A stretch of 53,267 bases of DNA from a virus (Duplodnaviria; Caudoviricetes), in IMG/VR virus record IMGVR_UViG_3300021517_000162, positions 1 to 53,267 of that record; one strand, 5' to 3'. The position numbers and the translations under genes are program-made. Of the stretch, positions 35,034 to 44,913 are shown one piece after another (position 1 is the stretch's first letter; the number at the start of each line of letters is the position of its first letter). The notes beneath the pieces were generated by a model. The model was not told the DNA's origin. It searched no databases and worked only from the letters and a program-made list of their open reading frames with translations.

Positions 35034-37586
35034 TTATCGCACAACAATGATTGCATTTGAAACGCAAGCAATTACAAGTTTACTACCTGCTGTAATTGTG
35101 GGAGCTCCACTCTGAGGTGATGTTTTGAGTGTGATCAAACTTCCTGAATCATTGATCACAAACCACATTCGCCCTGATAAGTTCGGAAAAATAAGGTTGT
35201 TATCATCATTGGAATTTGTTATCCGTATGATACCATTTCGATATTCGCTTCGAGTTAACGTCACATTCAAAGCTAAAAGTTCAATATCAGTGATACCTCC
35301 GATATCCGATCTATGAATGTTACCATCACTGTATTCAAACCATGTTACCCCGGACGATCCCCATAAATTAAACCCCGTTACAGGGGCACTTGTTGGTTGA
35401 GTTGCGGCATTTCCAACATGCAAAAGTAAGTCTCCAGTTGGAACATCCGTACCTGCAATAAGACTGTTTTTTACAAGAGATAGTATTCTACGCCCCGGGC
35501 CTCCAGTTGTTTCAAAAACTTCAAGCATTGTGGATGATTCACCTCCACTTTGAAGAACAACAGAACCATCGTCGGCCGTGCCATTACCTCCACCTCCTTT
35601 TATAAAGAGATACCCACCTGCATGGTTTCCTGATGTATGAGCTTGTCCACCTCGTATATTCAACCAACCTCCGGCTCCACTTGTACTATTCAAGGGGGCA
35701 ATAAGCATATTGTTGTCATCGTTTCGAGTGCGAATACCCGTATAATTTACGGTTACAACATCAACCCCTGAAATACGACTTATGATGCGCCCGCGTTGTT
35801 CACCTTGTCCAACATCAACTCCGTTCGGAGTTGTAAGGAGGATATCTCCAGATTTTGCAGTTGTGTTCGTCGTAGCCCCTGCAAAAGGCCCTTGGGAACG
35901 TATTGTAAAATTAAGTGGAGCTACGTCACTTGTTTTATTTACTTGATTTATCGATGCAGTTTCATTCTGAGCGAATCTCATACCATCTAAAAGAAAATCA
36001 ATTGCCCTTGTAGATGAACCTCTATCAATTGCTACAAAATTGGAGGCTCCAGCTGTGAAAGTGATATCAGCGGCCTTAAGTTCCATCACTGCAGGGCTTG
36101 TAAAACCAACACCTGCGCGCCATGCACCTCCACCTCCAGGAGAATAAGCAAGTAAACTTGTATCTCCAGTACCTGCAACTTGAAACCCATTACGAACATT
36201 GATTTCAAAGGATTCATGATTTGTTACTCGTATGTTACCCGAAGCAGCATAAGCCGAAGATCCCGCGATAATTCCCATACGAATTTTGGCAACAGAAGCA
36301 TCAACAATATTTCCAAGTGAGTCTCCACTCAACTTCTCCACTCTGTTATTTCCTAACGTTCCAGTCACATCTCCTATCAAAGTTGCATTCGATGGTAACA
36401 ACTCAAACCAACCTGTATTTCCCGTACCTGTTCTCTTTATCCAAACTTTACCTACTGATTGGTTTGACCTTGCAAGTGAACCAAATGGTGCCGTCAAATT
36501 TCCTTCGGGTTCTGTTACAGTGGCAAAATCAGAGAAAATAGTAGCCCATTTAATCTCTCCTATATTGATCTGAGCTCTGTCCATCTCCACTGTGGATTGA
36601 AAATTCAAACCTTGGGTTGTTGTAAGAGAAGTAGGTGTTTCGATTCGACCTCCACTTGTAACAAATGGCAATCTGTTTGCTGTCAATGCTGTACTGTAAA
36701 GATCTGTCGCTTGAAATGCCAAACCTCCAGTTATTGTTGTATCATTCGGGGCTACAAGTGCAGCCCTCCAACGGGAGGTTGTTTCCTCCCATACCATACT
36801 CGCTCGATCACGCAACGTACCTGAAATATCACCTCTAAAAGCCGCTATACCCTCAATAACAGTAGGTACAGGTGCATTGGGTCCCGCGACATATCCTATT
36901 GTGATCAACTTGTCGATAAATTCTACTATTGCAGTTGCTGGCATTTTATACCATCTACCATTTGATGCCAAAAGAACATCATTCGGTTTGATCACAAAAT
37001 TACTATCATCAGCGACACCTGCACCTGTATTTGCATCATATCTATAAGTTGTACCAGCATCTTCTACAAGTCTAACCTGTCTATCTACTCTACTCGCTGA
37101 TACTATAGCTCTCAAACCTGGTAAATCTTGTACCCCCGCTGCAAAATTCACCGCACCTCCAGCTGCTGCTACAAGGTCATTTATAATAGTATTAAGTGCG
37201 GTTTTCCAACCTTTGACTTGCCCAGAATAATTGAAAGAATTGATAGTAGAATTTGCAGCAGGCACATACCAACCAAGTGAATTTGGTACGATAAAATCAC
37301 GTATATCAATGATATTATCATCTCCGTTTAACCTGAGTTGAATTTGATATGTGCCCGAAACATCAGGGGTAAAAGACGCTGAAGGTATAGGTCCGACCGC
37401 ATCTACAAGTATACCCTCCACAAGAGCACTTCCAAGTGGCTTATCAAGTAAACTTATACGATAACTTGTAACCCCTGTATTGTCTCCGTTTGTTATCGTA
37501 ACCAATGATCCTGTTATACCTACCAATGCTCTACCTGGTAAGTCCGTATTAATACCTTGTGTAAATTTTATTGATGCTACAGGCAT
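35034..37586 (-). CDS. tail fibre protein
   Basis: 850 aa, G/T/S-rich and modular, with FTPDVSGTY, PEGNLTAPFGSL..WIKRTGTGNTGW, GDVTGT and GG repeat units. Confidence 0.75.
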   Translation of the reverse strand: MPVASIKFTQGINTDLPGRALVGITGSLVTITNGDNTGVTSYRISLLDKPLGSALVEGILVDAVGPIPSASFTPDVSGTYQIQLRLNGDDNIIDIRDFIVPNSLGWYVPAANSTINSFNYSGQVKGWKTALNTIINDLVAAAGGAVNFAAGVQDLPGLRAIVSASRVDRQVRLVEDAGTTYRYDANTGAGVADDSNFVIKPNDVLLASNGRWYKMPATAIVEFIDKLITIGYVAGPNAPVPTVIEGIAAFRGDISGTLRDRASMVWEETTSRWRAALVAPNDTTITGGLAFQATDLYSTALTANRLPFVTSGGRIETPTSLTTTQGLNFQSTVEMDRAQINIGEIKWATIFSDFATVTEPEGNLTAPFGSLARSNQSVGKVWIKRTGTGNTGWFELLPSNATLIGDVTGTLGNNRVEKLSGDSLGNIVDASVAKIRMGIIAGSSAYAASGNIRVTNHESFEINVRNGFQVAGTGDTSLLAYSPGGGGAWRAGVGFTSPAVMELKAADITFTAGASNFVAIDRGSSTRAIDFLLDGMRFAQNETASINQVNKTSDVAPLNFTIRSQGPFAGATTNTTAKSGDILLTTPNGVDVGQGEQRGRIISRISGVDVVTVNYTGIRTRNDDNNMLIAPLNSTSGAGGWLNIRGGQAHTSGNHAGGYLFIKGGGGNGTADDGSVVLQSGGESSTMLEVFETTGGPGRRILSLVKNSLIAGTDVPTGDLLLHVGNAATQPTSAPVTGFNLWGSSGVTWFEYSDGNIHRSDIGGITDIELLALNVTLTRSEYRNGIIRITNSNDDNNLIFPNLSGRMWFVINDSGSLITLKTSPQSGAPTITAGSKLVIACVSNAIIVVR

Positions 37587-37598
37587 AATTTTCCCCTT

Positions 37599-37922
37599 TT
37601 AGAATGGTATGGTGCTCAAAAAATCTTCATCTGGATCTGGAGGTAAATTGGGTTTTCGCCCGCCTCCACTTGGTAACCCCCCCGCTACATCCAAGGGGTT
37701 GCTGATCAAACAATTAATCCCCAAGGGTAAAGAAATCGCCGGCGGAAAAGGCGAAGGTAAATTGAAAAGTGCAGGTAATTTGAACCCAAATTTGAACTTG
37801 GGTATCGATGGGAGACTAAACCCACACAATGATGCAAGTGGAGGCCCTGGTGAAAACCCGGCCTCCTCTTCAGTTATGTTTTGTTGCGAAATTGGTGGGG
37901 CATTCGGTATCGGTGCGCTCAT
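37599..37922 (-). CDS. Pro-rich hypothetical baseplate-region protein
   Basis: Intact ORF downstream of the spike gene, with its own promoter-like sequence. Confidence 0.55.
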   Translation of the reverse strand: MSAPIPNAPPISQQNITEEEAGFSPGPPLASLCGFSLPSIPKFKFGFKLPALFNLPSPFPPAISLPLGINCLISNPLDVAGGLPSGGGRKPNLPPDPDEDFLSTIPF

Positions 37923-37928
37923 ATTCGG

Positions 37929-37956
37929 AGGATATCAAGTGGATATCCACTGTCGA
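37929..37956 (-). promoter_or_regulatory. sigma70-like promoter TCGACA-N16-TATCCT, 6 nt before the ATG, containing an operator variant
   Basis: Minus strand reads TCGACA GTGGATATCCACTTGA TATCCT CCGAAT ATG. Confidence 0.5.
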
Positions 37957-37961
37957 TTCTT

Positions 37962-38945
37962 TTACGAAATCAAAAGCCCCGCGACCCCAAAATGAGGTTG
38001 AATGCCCGTATTATCTGGAGGTGCTGACAATGCAGCAGTCATACCGGGTAATAAAGGCGTTATGGGCAATGCAATGGCTTGCGTAAGGGCTGCATTGATA
38101 AGAGGTATAGCCGCCGCTGCAAGGGCACCTCCGAATAACATTGACGGAAAAAGAAGCCCAATTGTCTGTGCAAATGACTGGAGAAACACAGCTACGCTTT
38201 CTGCCGTTACCCCATGAAAAGCAGTTGGAAATGAACCCGAAGTGCCAATGAGTACACGATTAGGGGTCAAAAGTTGTGTATCCTCATCAGCTTTCAAGTG
38301 GAGAAGTGTGCCTCCAGCCTCCAGTGCCACGATCTTTGTGCGCAAATTCAATTGGCACACAAGCTCCGTATCAGCACTTTGCATTGTAATAAAATCGCTC
38401 GCTACGGAGATATAACCCTCCGTATTCGATAAAGTCCACTCTCCAATTTTGTTCAAAGAAAGAAATGCCTCTGTTTTTGCCGATCGAAAAAGCAATGTCT
38501 CCGCTGTCTCAAGCACATACGGAGTACGCAATCGTTTGAATGCAAAGTTATTTTTCGTCGAATCTGACCCTGCAACTTGTGATGGCCATTCATCCAGTTG
38601 ACTGTTGAGTCGACCAAGAATCACACATCCACTTTTTTCATCACCTCCGGGTACAGCCACGATCACCTGATCTCCGTCCACAAAAGGAAACCATTCTCCT
38701 TCTCCGTTTCCAGCGACATGGTTTGCCACTTGGCAAGCCACAAAAACCTCACTTGGCTGCAAAAGCACTGATACAAGGGGCATACCTATGGTTTTATCAA
38801 AGGTTACAATCTGAGCATTTGCTGTTTCTTTTGTGACAACACCAAAAGAAACCCATTGTCGTGGGTCAATACCTGGCCTCGAAAAAGCCTTTGAATACGT
38901 TGATAAATCAAAACCTCCCATGACTCCTATCTCCTTGTCTCCCAT
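37962..38945 (-). CDS. baseplate central spike (gpV/gp5 OB-fold-like)
   Basis: GEWFPFVDGDQVIVAVPGGD..VILGRL OB-fold motif followed by beta-strand repeats. Confidence 0.8.
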   Translation of the reverse strand: MGDKEIGVMGGFDLSTYSKAFSRPGIDPRQWVSFGVVTKETANAQIVTFDKTIGMPLVSVLLQPSEVFVACQVANHVAGNGEGEWFPFVDGDQVIVAVPGGDEKSGCVILGRLNSQLDEWPSQVAGSDSTKNNFAFKRLRTPYVLETAETLLFRSAKTEAFLSLNKIGEWTLSNTEGYISVASDFITMQSADTELVCQLNLRTKIVALEAGGTLLHLKADEDTQLLTPNRVLIGTSGSFPTAFHGVTAESVAVFLQSFAQTIGLLFPSMLFGGALAAAAIPLINAALTQAIALPITPLLPGMTAALSAPPDNTGIQPHFGVAGLLIS

Positions 38946-40702
38946 TATTCCTTGGGTGGATTGGGTAATTTCAAGGGTTCTGCGCGTACTTCAACAAAGT
39001 TTATGCACTCAATATCAAAGGCTACCCCCGTATCAATGTTCCAATTAACTTGCATATTTTTGATACGAAATTCAGTTGGTACACCAATGTCTGTATAAGC
39101 CTTTGCATACGCTTTTGAAAGATTTTCCGCAAAACCTCGACTCATAAGATACTTCACGTTCTTGTCTCGAAACGTTTGAAGTTGAGTCTCCAGACTTGTA
39201 ACTGTCGATGTACTCGGTGCTGTTTCAATGTTGTTTGATCGATTTACAAGTATTTCAACTGTATCTGCCGCTTTCATATCCAGGAGGTCAGGATCTTCGT
39301 TCCCACCACCAAAAGACGCTAGATTTTTCGTCTTAATCTTCACTTGTAATTCTTGTCTACCAAGTTGTTCATATATATTCTGAGCAATAATTCGGAGGGT
39401 ATCCTTATCTGTAATTCCTGGGGCAACCTTCCATACAAGCCATTTTTCCTCCGCACCTCCGTCTCCAGGTATGGAGGTGTGCACCCCAGCACCCACACGA
39501 TTCGTTGGGTATCTCCCAACCACAGGACTTTTTTTCACCGGATCATAACTACGAACCTCAATGTTTGTGGGCACATTCTTCACAAATGTTCGAGTTGTTT
39601 TCATTTCCGAAATATTACGACCATAAATAAATTGTCTGTATACTCTCCCATTGCGACCTTGGAAAGGATCATCAGGTCTTCTTACAATCTTTGAATTTGG
39701 CCCAAATTTTGTTCTCGATCGCTCAATAAGAATATTCGTACCCTCCACATGTATAAAGTGCCCAAGTGAACTCACAACATCCGTGAGAAAATCCCACACT
39801 GGCAAACCCGAAGGTTGGCCATTAATCAAAGAGGGTGGAGGTCCAAGTTGTGGAGGAAAGGAGGCCCTACCATATACATTTTTTAATACGGGAATTTCAC
39901 TCTCTTTTATGTTTCCAGGCCTATACTCAATGGTTATCCCATTGAGTTGAGGAAAGTGACTCAGATATTTTGCAATGGCCTTATCAATAGGAATATTCTT
40001 ATCAATTGTAAGCTTCGAAGGGGCATCAATATCAATGAGAAGTTGCGTATTATCGCGGCATTCAACTCGAACCATAGGTTCATTGTCTCCAAAATCATTT
40101 TCCCACTTGTCTACAAAACCTTGGAATCTCAAATTTGACCTAACACGACCCGTCTTATCGATATATGTATCGGGTACCATGAGCATACTTTCGTATATTT
40201 TTTGTCCATTTTTCAAGCTTATTTCTCGGTTTCTACCCTCAATACCAAGTTGATGTTCTTCAGCTGTAATAGTTCCAAGGTAAAGCTCCACCCATGCCGC
40301 TCTGAGTACAAGTGGAGAAAAAGGTAAGTCAGCATATGAAAATGTAAGATTAAGAGTGTCCGCCATACGTATCCCATTGACATTCCAAGTAGCCTCCCTA
40401 GGTATAATTCCTGAGATTACAAAGCTTAATTCATCTTCACTTCGCACTTGTTTTTGCGGCCCTAAGCCTACAAGTTTCTTACTTGTATCAAATTCTAAAA
40501 GAGTTCTTCGCACATTCGTAGGGGCATTGGGATCATTGACCAATCGGAGGGGAGCCCTAGGATCTTTGATCCCGGTCAATTTGTGCAATGGTTTTGGAGG
40601 TATTTTACCCACAAAAACTCGACGATTTAACTCATCAAATCGTATCCCAAACCTCACTTTGGCTCTTGGATAATAATTCTGAGCAGGATACTGAGGTTGC
40701 AT
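38945..40702 (-). CDS. baseplate hub protein (gpD/gp27-like)
   Basis: FQGFVD..VRVECRD..LID pattern; located between the LysM protein and the spike. Confidence 0.7.
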   Translation of the reverse strand: MQPQYPAQNYYPRAKVRFGIRFDELNRRVFVGKIPPKPLHKLTGIKDPRAPLRLVNDPNAPTNVRRTLLEFDTSKKLVGLGPQKQVRSEDELSFVISGIIPREATWNVNGIRMADTLNLTFSYADLPFSPLVLRAAWVELYLGTITAEEHQLGIEGRNREISLKNGQKIYESMLMVPDTYIDKTGRVRSNLRFQGFVDKWENDFGDNEPMVRVECRDNTQLLIDIDAPSKLTIDKNIPIDKAIAKYLSHFPQLNGITIEYRPGNIKESEIPVLKNVYGRASFPPQLGPPPSLINGQPSGLPVWDFLTDVVSSLGHFIHVEGTNILIERSRTKFGPNSKIVRRPDDPFQGRNGRVYRQFIYGRNISEMKTTRTFVKNVPTNIEVRSYDPVKKSPVVGRYPTNRVGAGVHTSIPGDGGAEEKWLVWKVAPGITDKDTLRIIAQNIYEQLGRQELQVKIKTKNLASFGGGNEDPDLLDMKAADTVEILVNRSNNIETAPSTSTVTSLETQLQTFRDKNVKYLMSRGFAENLSKAYAKAYTDIGVPTEFRIKNMQVNWNIDTGVAFDIECINFVEVRAEPLKLPNPPKE

Positions 40703-41937
40703 TATTTCACCGCTTGATTGGCGCTGTAGTTCGGTATTACAAGGGCAATTCCAGGTTTCAATCTAACCTGATAAAAAGGTAAATTATTGGCCCTCATAAT
40801 ATCAGCCACATGATCAGGATCTCCAAAATATTTGATGGAAATGGAGACTGGAGTATCTCCAGATTTCACAACGTGAAGCTTTACAATGTCCTTGGCTTTG
40901 CCAGAATTTCTTACGTTTTTTATACCCGCCAAAGCCACTTGAGTATTAACCTTGCGAAGAGCTAAATCAGCTTCCATCACCGATCTCATAAGTACCCTTG
41001 TATTCTCCACACTGCGTCCAAAATTCTTCGTCGCATACAGTAAATCTCGGGCCATTGTCTTCTGATTCATGAGTTCTGGAGGTACCCTAGATATCTGAGA
41101 TATGAATTGTGTACCTTGTTGCACTGTGGTTCGAGTCAATTCCAAAACTGAATTTGAAACCGCAAATGGGAGACCCTTCACTTTATTTGCAATATCAACA
41201 ATCTTCTGAGCTGTAGATGCAAACTGGAGAATCCTTGTTCTTCCAACTTTTTGCAGTTGATTTGGGTAATTTGCCAATGCCTCCAGTTGTCCCAAAGTAA
41301 AATTATTTGGCTGTAATTTTGCTGTATTTTGAGTCCTCCGATCTACAATATCCTGATCAAGTATGGCTTGAGCTTTGGCCCGCATATCAGCAAGCTTTGT
41401 CTCAACACTTTCATCTTTTACTTCAACAGGTCTGTATGCCCCACGACCTCTCGATTGCCATTCCCACTGGATGTTCCACTGGATATCCTCCGCTCGCTCA
41501 ACAGGAAATTCCCACTCTTTTGCTTGACCCTCACGCATGATCAAGGCCTTCGATTGGGGCCCGTCTCCACCTTGGAACCATATGACTCTCAATCTGTGCC
41601 CACCACGAAACATTTCTTCTATCAATTGTACAAGAGTCACGGGTTGAATGATGTCGATCAATTCACTCATATTTCCGGTATTTGTATACTTCGCAGGGGT
41701 TCTGGAGAGCATCCTATATCTCCACTCTCCAGACCAATTTGAAGGCATTTCTATGGGCCCCATATTTTGCTGAGTAGCTTCATCACCATTACCTGGGTAC
41801 CAAGTTGTATTAAGTCTATTTCCACTTTTCCACGCCGCGGGTCTGTGCGGCAAACCCGAACCCCTAAGTTGCAAAATTCTCTGTGGAATACCTCCAGTTA
41901 GGAGTTCCATGATCGTCATTATGCTCTCTCTTGCCAT
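40702..41937 (-). CDS. tail tube initiator-like protein with a C-terminal LysM domain
   Basis: C-terminal HVVKSGDTPVSISIKYFGDP..IMRANNL..LKPGIALVIP; follows the tape measure region. Confidence 0.8.
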   Translation of the reverse strand: MARESIMTIMELLTGGIPQRILQLRGSGLPHRPAAWKSGNRLNTTWYPGNGDEATQQNMGPIEMPSNWSGEWRYRMLSRTPAKYTNTGNMSELIDIIQPVTLVQLIEEMFRGGHRLRVIWFQGGDGPQSKALIMREGQAKEWEFPVERAEDIQWNIQWEWQSRGRGAYRPVEVKDESVETKLADMRAKAQAILDQDIVDRRTQNTAKLQPNNFTLGQLEALANYPNQLQKVGRTRILQFASTAQKIVDIANKVKGLPFAVSNSVLELTRTTVQQGTQFISQISRVPPELMNQKTMARDLLYATKNFGRSVENTRVLMRSVMEADLALRKVNTQVALAGIKNVRNSGKAKDIVKLHVVKSGDTPVSISIKYFGDPDHVADIMRANNLPFYQVRLKPGIALVIPNYSANQAVK

Positions 41938-41943
41938 GTTCAA

Positions 41944-41953
41944 ATTATACACA
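41944..41953 (-). promoter_or_regulatory. extended -10 promoter TGTG-TATAAT, 6 nt before the ATG
   Basis: Minus strand reads CATGTG TATAAT TTGAAC ATG; no Shine-Dalgarno sequence. Confidence 0.6.
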
Positions 41954-42003
41954 TGACCGACAAGAGGTTCAGAAAACCATCAAACAATGACCATTTTCCA
42001 CAT

Positions 42004-42039
42004 AAAAAAACACAGTGGGAGGGTCTCCACTGTGTTTTT
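42004..42039. terminator. bidirectional intrinsic terminator downstream of the tRNA-like gene
   Basis: AAAAACACAGTGG-GAGGGTCT-CCACTGTGTTTTT. Confidence 0.8.
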
Positions 42040-42054
42040 ACATTTATTTTATAA

Positions 42055-42129
42055 TGGGTTTAGAGGAAGGGGTCGAACCTTCAATCTGCCGATTACATTC
42101 GGTTGCCCTACCATTGAGCTACTCTAAAC
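42055..42129 (-). tRNA. tRNA-His-like gene with a 6-nt anticodon loop (atypical or pseudo-tRNA)
   Basis: GTTTAGAG TA GCTC AATGGTA GGGC A ACCGA ATGTAA TCGGC AGATT GAAGG TTCGACC CCTTC CTCTAAAC CCA: 8-bp acceptor stem (G-1:C73), D arm, T arm and encoded CCA. Confidence 0.85.
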
Positions 42130-42131
42130 AT

Positions 42132-42179
42132 AAAAAAAAAAACCTCCGTAGAGGGAAGGAAAAAAACCTTCTACGGAGG
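42132..42179 (-). terminator. intrinsic terminator after the acidic protein, immediately upstream of the tRNA
   Basis: CCTCCGTAGA...TCTACGGAGG followed by a run of about 11 T on the minus strand. Confidence 0.75.
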
Positions 42180-42219
42180 GAGGATGTACTGAGAGGTACA
42201 TGTTTTTCAATCTAATTAT

Positions 42220-42894
42220 TTATACCCTGCTGTCAACCCACTTTGATAAAACACTTCCTTTTTTCTTCTTAATTTTACCATCAATACCCTCCGCTTCATC
42301 CTCCTCTTCAAGATATGACGCTTCTTTTTCAGCTGTTTCCTCGATTTGGGCCATTAGGAGATCATACTCATCGAGGGCATTTTCCAATTCCTCCGCATCT
42401 CCACTATGTGCCGCATCAGCAGCTTTTTCCATTAATTCAGCGGCTTCACCCATAAGAGAAGCCGTTTCCGTTGCCGCCATACCCCCTTCGACCGCCGTGA
42501 GAGCATCAGGATCGACAACAGGATGTTCACTATCTGGAGGTTGATCATCTACCTCCATTTCGCTCATATCGGCTTCTGTGGCCAAAAATTCAGCATCCTC
42601 CTGCTCCAAATCTCCAGTTTCTTCAAGAGCTTCATCAGAATAAACATTAAGCAAATCATCATCGTCGTCGTCATCGTCATCTTTCATGTCATCGTCGTCA
42701 TCATCTTTCATATCTTCATCATCATCTTTGTAATTTTTTTCGGAGGTATCCTCATCGTCATCTTTCATGTCCTCCTCATCTTCACCCTTCATTCGTCTCT
42801 TTTTCTTGCGATTTAATTCCTCCTCCTCCCCCTTGTATTTTCGTTTGTTCTTCAATTTTCGACCATTATTTACGTATAATGAAAGTGACATCAC
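42220..42894 (-). CDS. highly acidic low-complexity protein with basic termini
   Basis: Repeated (M/Y)KDDD(E/D)D units, poly-Asp, an acidic helical region, and Lys/Arg-rich N- and C-ends; AAGG RBS. Confidence 0.75.
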   Translation of the reverse strand: MMSLSLYVNNGRKLKNKRKYKGEEEELNRKKKRRMKGEDEEDMKDDDEDTSEKNYKDDDEDMKDDDDDDMKDDDDDDDDDLLNVYSDEALEETGDLEQEDAEFLATEADMSEMEVDDQPPDSEHPVVDPDALTAVEGGMAATETASLMGEAAELMEKAADAAHSGDAEELENALDEYDLLMAQIEETAEKEASYLEEEDEAEGIDGKIKKKKGSVLSKWVDSRV

Positions 42895-42914
42895 ATACTT
42901 CCTTTCTGTTCAAA

Positions 42915-44861
42915 CTATAATCCAAACGGAGTTTGCATCATCGATTGTGTACGGTTTACCGCTGCATTTGCAAGACTATCCTTAAATACAATGGCTACAC
43001 GATCTGGATCTTGGTCTCGAAAGTCCTGTTTTATATTGATTGTTGCCCCATTAAAATTCACTTGGGCATTGAGTTTGCCCGTACCAAGTCCGGCCTTTGC
43101 TGATTCAGTCCATTTTTTAATCATGGTTGGATCTCCTACTCTCTTAGCAAATTCCAATGCTCCACCTTCAAACTTATTTGCACTCTCCAGGAGACTTTGT
43201 TGCATTTTTTCACTATTTTTTACGAGACTTTCTGCATATTCAAGGGCCGCAGTGTCATTTTTCTTCTTCGCTTCATTGTATGCAACAACAAAAGCATCAG
43301 CTGCCGCAATCTGTTCAGCTTGCATTGCATTCGCTGCTTGTTCCATGCCCATGCGCTTTGATAAAAACTCCAGTTGGTTTTCACCCCTAGAATTTACGCT
43401 CGAAAGTGATTCACTCAATCTATCAAAACTGGAGACTGACTCAGTGGTTTTATCAGCCATATTCTGAACGGCATCGGCCCATTCCTGAGCGCGTTTTCTG
43501 CTTGCACTACCCCCTTTACCCGCCTCCTCTACAATGGCATCAATTTTCTCTTGTAATTCAGGGCTTCTCGCACCTTTAAGTGTTTTTACCTCCCCCTCCA
43601 CTCCGACCATCTTGCGAGCAACCCCCGCCTTAATGAGTGGGTCTCCACTTCCAAGCTTGTCAGATAAACTGTCTTTCATCGCCAAAGTAGCGTCTTTTAT
43701 GCCCCCTACAACCTTACCCACAACCTTGGCCACGTCCCAAAGTGCCTTCGCCCCCGCGTTTACCCCCTCAGCAATTTCCATGCGGTGATCGTATATCCAC
43801 TTAAACGCATCTTTTATCTTGTCTCCAGCTTCCGAAATCACATCTCCTGCCCCTCCAGATCGCGTAAAAACATCATAAAATGTTTCTAACATGTCCGAAC
43901 CTCTACCAAATATCATACCTAAAAAATCTCCAGTTTTGGCCCCTATCTGTTGTAAACGTGCATCATTTCTTTCAAACCAATCAACGGCCTTGTTAAACAA
44001 GGGTAAAACACTGTTTATAATTGGCATACCAAAGTTCTCTAAAGTGCTATCTTTTACACTTGAAAATGCATTCTTTATACCCTCCACACCCATAGCCTTA
44101 GGCACTTGCTTGGCCATCTTTGCCATGGCCTCCTCAGCGATTTGCATGCGCGTAATCATGTCTTTTCCGGCCAATTGACGGGCAACCTCCACAGCATTGC
44201 CTTTGAGAACACCAGTCATTGTGATCATGCGAACAATTGATCCCATTGATGCAAACGTCCCAGTTTTCAAGTTTTCATACTCTTTTGTAAGTTCTCCTAA
44301 ACCTCCGGGCATAACGCGAGAAACCTTTGCCATGTCTCCTGCTATCTTTTCCGCATCGAGAAAAGTAAGCCTTTTCATATAGGTATTCTGAGTTTGAGAG
44401 GCTATGGTAGAAAATGCTTCACGTATTTCATCACGCGTCACACCCGCCGCTTGGGCCGTTTTACGAAAACTTTCTTCAAAGGCTTGGGCCCCTTGTCTCG
44501 CCCTTTCAAATGAAATGTTCTTATCTGGAGACATGGAGATCATCATGCCCGTCGTGGCTTTCATTTTCTCCAGTTGGGTGTTGGCGCTTGATAAAGCTTC
44601 ATAGGCCCCATAACCAATTGCAGCCATGGCCGCCGCAGTAACAACCGCCGCACTTTTCAAGGCTGTAAGAGCCATAGAACCTTTTTGAGAGCCTTTTTCG
44701 ACCCCCTTCATGTTCTCCTCTTTGCCTATACCTTTGACCTCCTTGGAGGCCTCCGAACTCTGATTTTTCAGCTTTTCAATTTCGGCTTTGAACTTATCTG
44801 CCGAACCACTCGCGACAACATCGTATACAAGTTTGACTTTGACTTCTGCTTGTTCTGCCAT
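42915..44861 (-). CDS. tape measure protein
   Basis: Ala/Gly/Lys-rich helical protein directly after the tail chaperones; C-terminal VNFNGATINIKQDF. Confidence 0.85.
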   Translation of the reverse strand: MAEQAEVKVKLVYDVVASGSADKFKAEIEKLKNQSSEASKEVKGIGKEENMKGVEKGSQKGSMALTALKSAAVVTAAAMAAIGYGAYEALSSANTQLEKMKATTGMMISMSPDKNISFERARQGAQAFEESFRKTAQAAGVTRDEIREAFSTIASQTQNTYMKRLTFLDAEKIAGDMAKVSRVMPGGLGELTKEYENLKTGTFASMGSIVRMITMTGVLKGNAVEVARQLAGKDMITRMQIAEEAMAKMAKQVPKAMGVEGIKNAFSSVKDSTLENFGMPIINSVLPLFNKAVDWFERNDARLQQIGAKTGDFLGMIFGRGSDMLETFYDVFTRSGGAGDVISEAGDKIKDAFKWIYDHRMEIAEGVNAGAKALWDVAKVVGKVVGGIKDATLAMKDSLSDKLGSGDPLIKAGVARKMVGVEGEVKTLKGARSPELQEKIDAIVEEAGKGGSASRKRAQEWADAVQNMADKTTESVSSFDRLSESLSSVNSRGENQLEFLSKRMGMEQAANAMQAEQIAAADAFVVAYNEAKKKNDTAALEYAESLVKNSEKMQQSLLESANKFEGGALEFAKRVGDPTMIKKWTESAKAGLGTGKLNAQVNFNGATINIKQDFRDQDPDRVAIVFKDSLANAAVNRTQSMMQTPFGL

Positions 44862-44882
44862 GAATTCAATCTATACGAGGGT

Positions 44883-44913
44883 AAAAAAAAAGCGAAGGCT
44901 AAACCTCCGCTTT
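44883..44913 (-). terminator. intrinsic terminator after the tail chaperone genes
   Basis: AGCGGAGG-TTTAG-CCTTCGCT followed by a T run. Confidence 0.75.

Noticed and set aside
35034-37586. Diversity-generating retroelement or invertible fibre cassette
   Set aside because: No reverse transcriptase, invertase, or template/variable repeat pair was seen in the window.
42055-42129. Calling the tRNA as Tyr(GTA) or Thr(TGT)
   Set aside because: It lacks the long variable arm of bacterial tRNA-Tyr, G-1:C73 points to His, and the 6-nt loop makes any anticodon call unsafe.
42655-42790. Tandem repeats as a possible CRISPR array
   Set aside because: These are in-frame Asp-codon repeats inside a CDS, with no constant repeat plus unique spacer structure and no cas genes.
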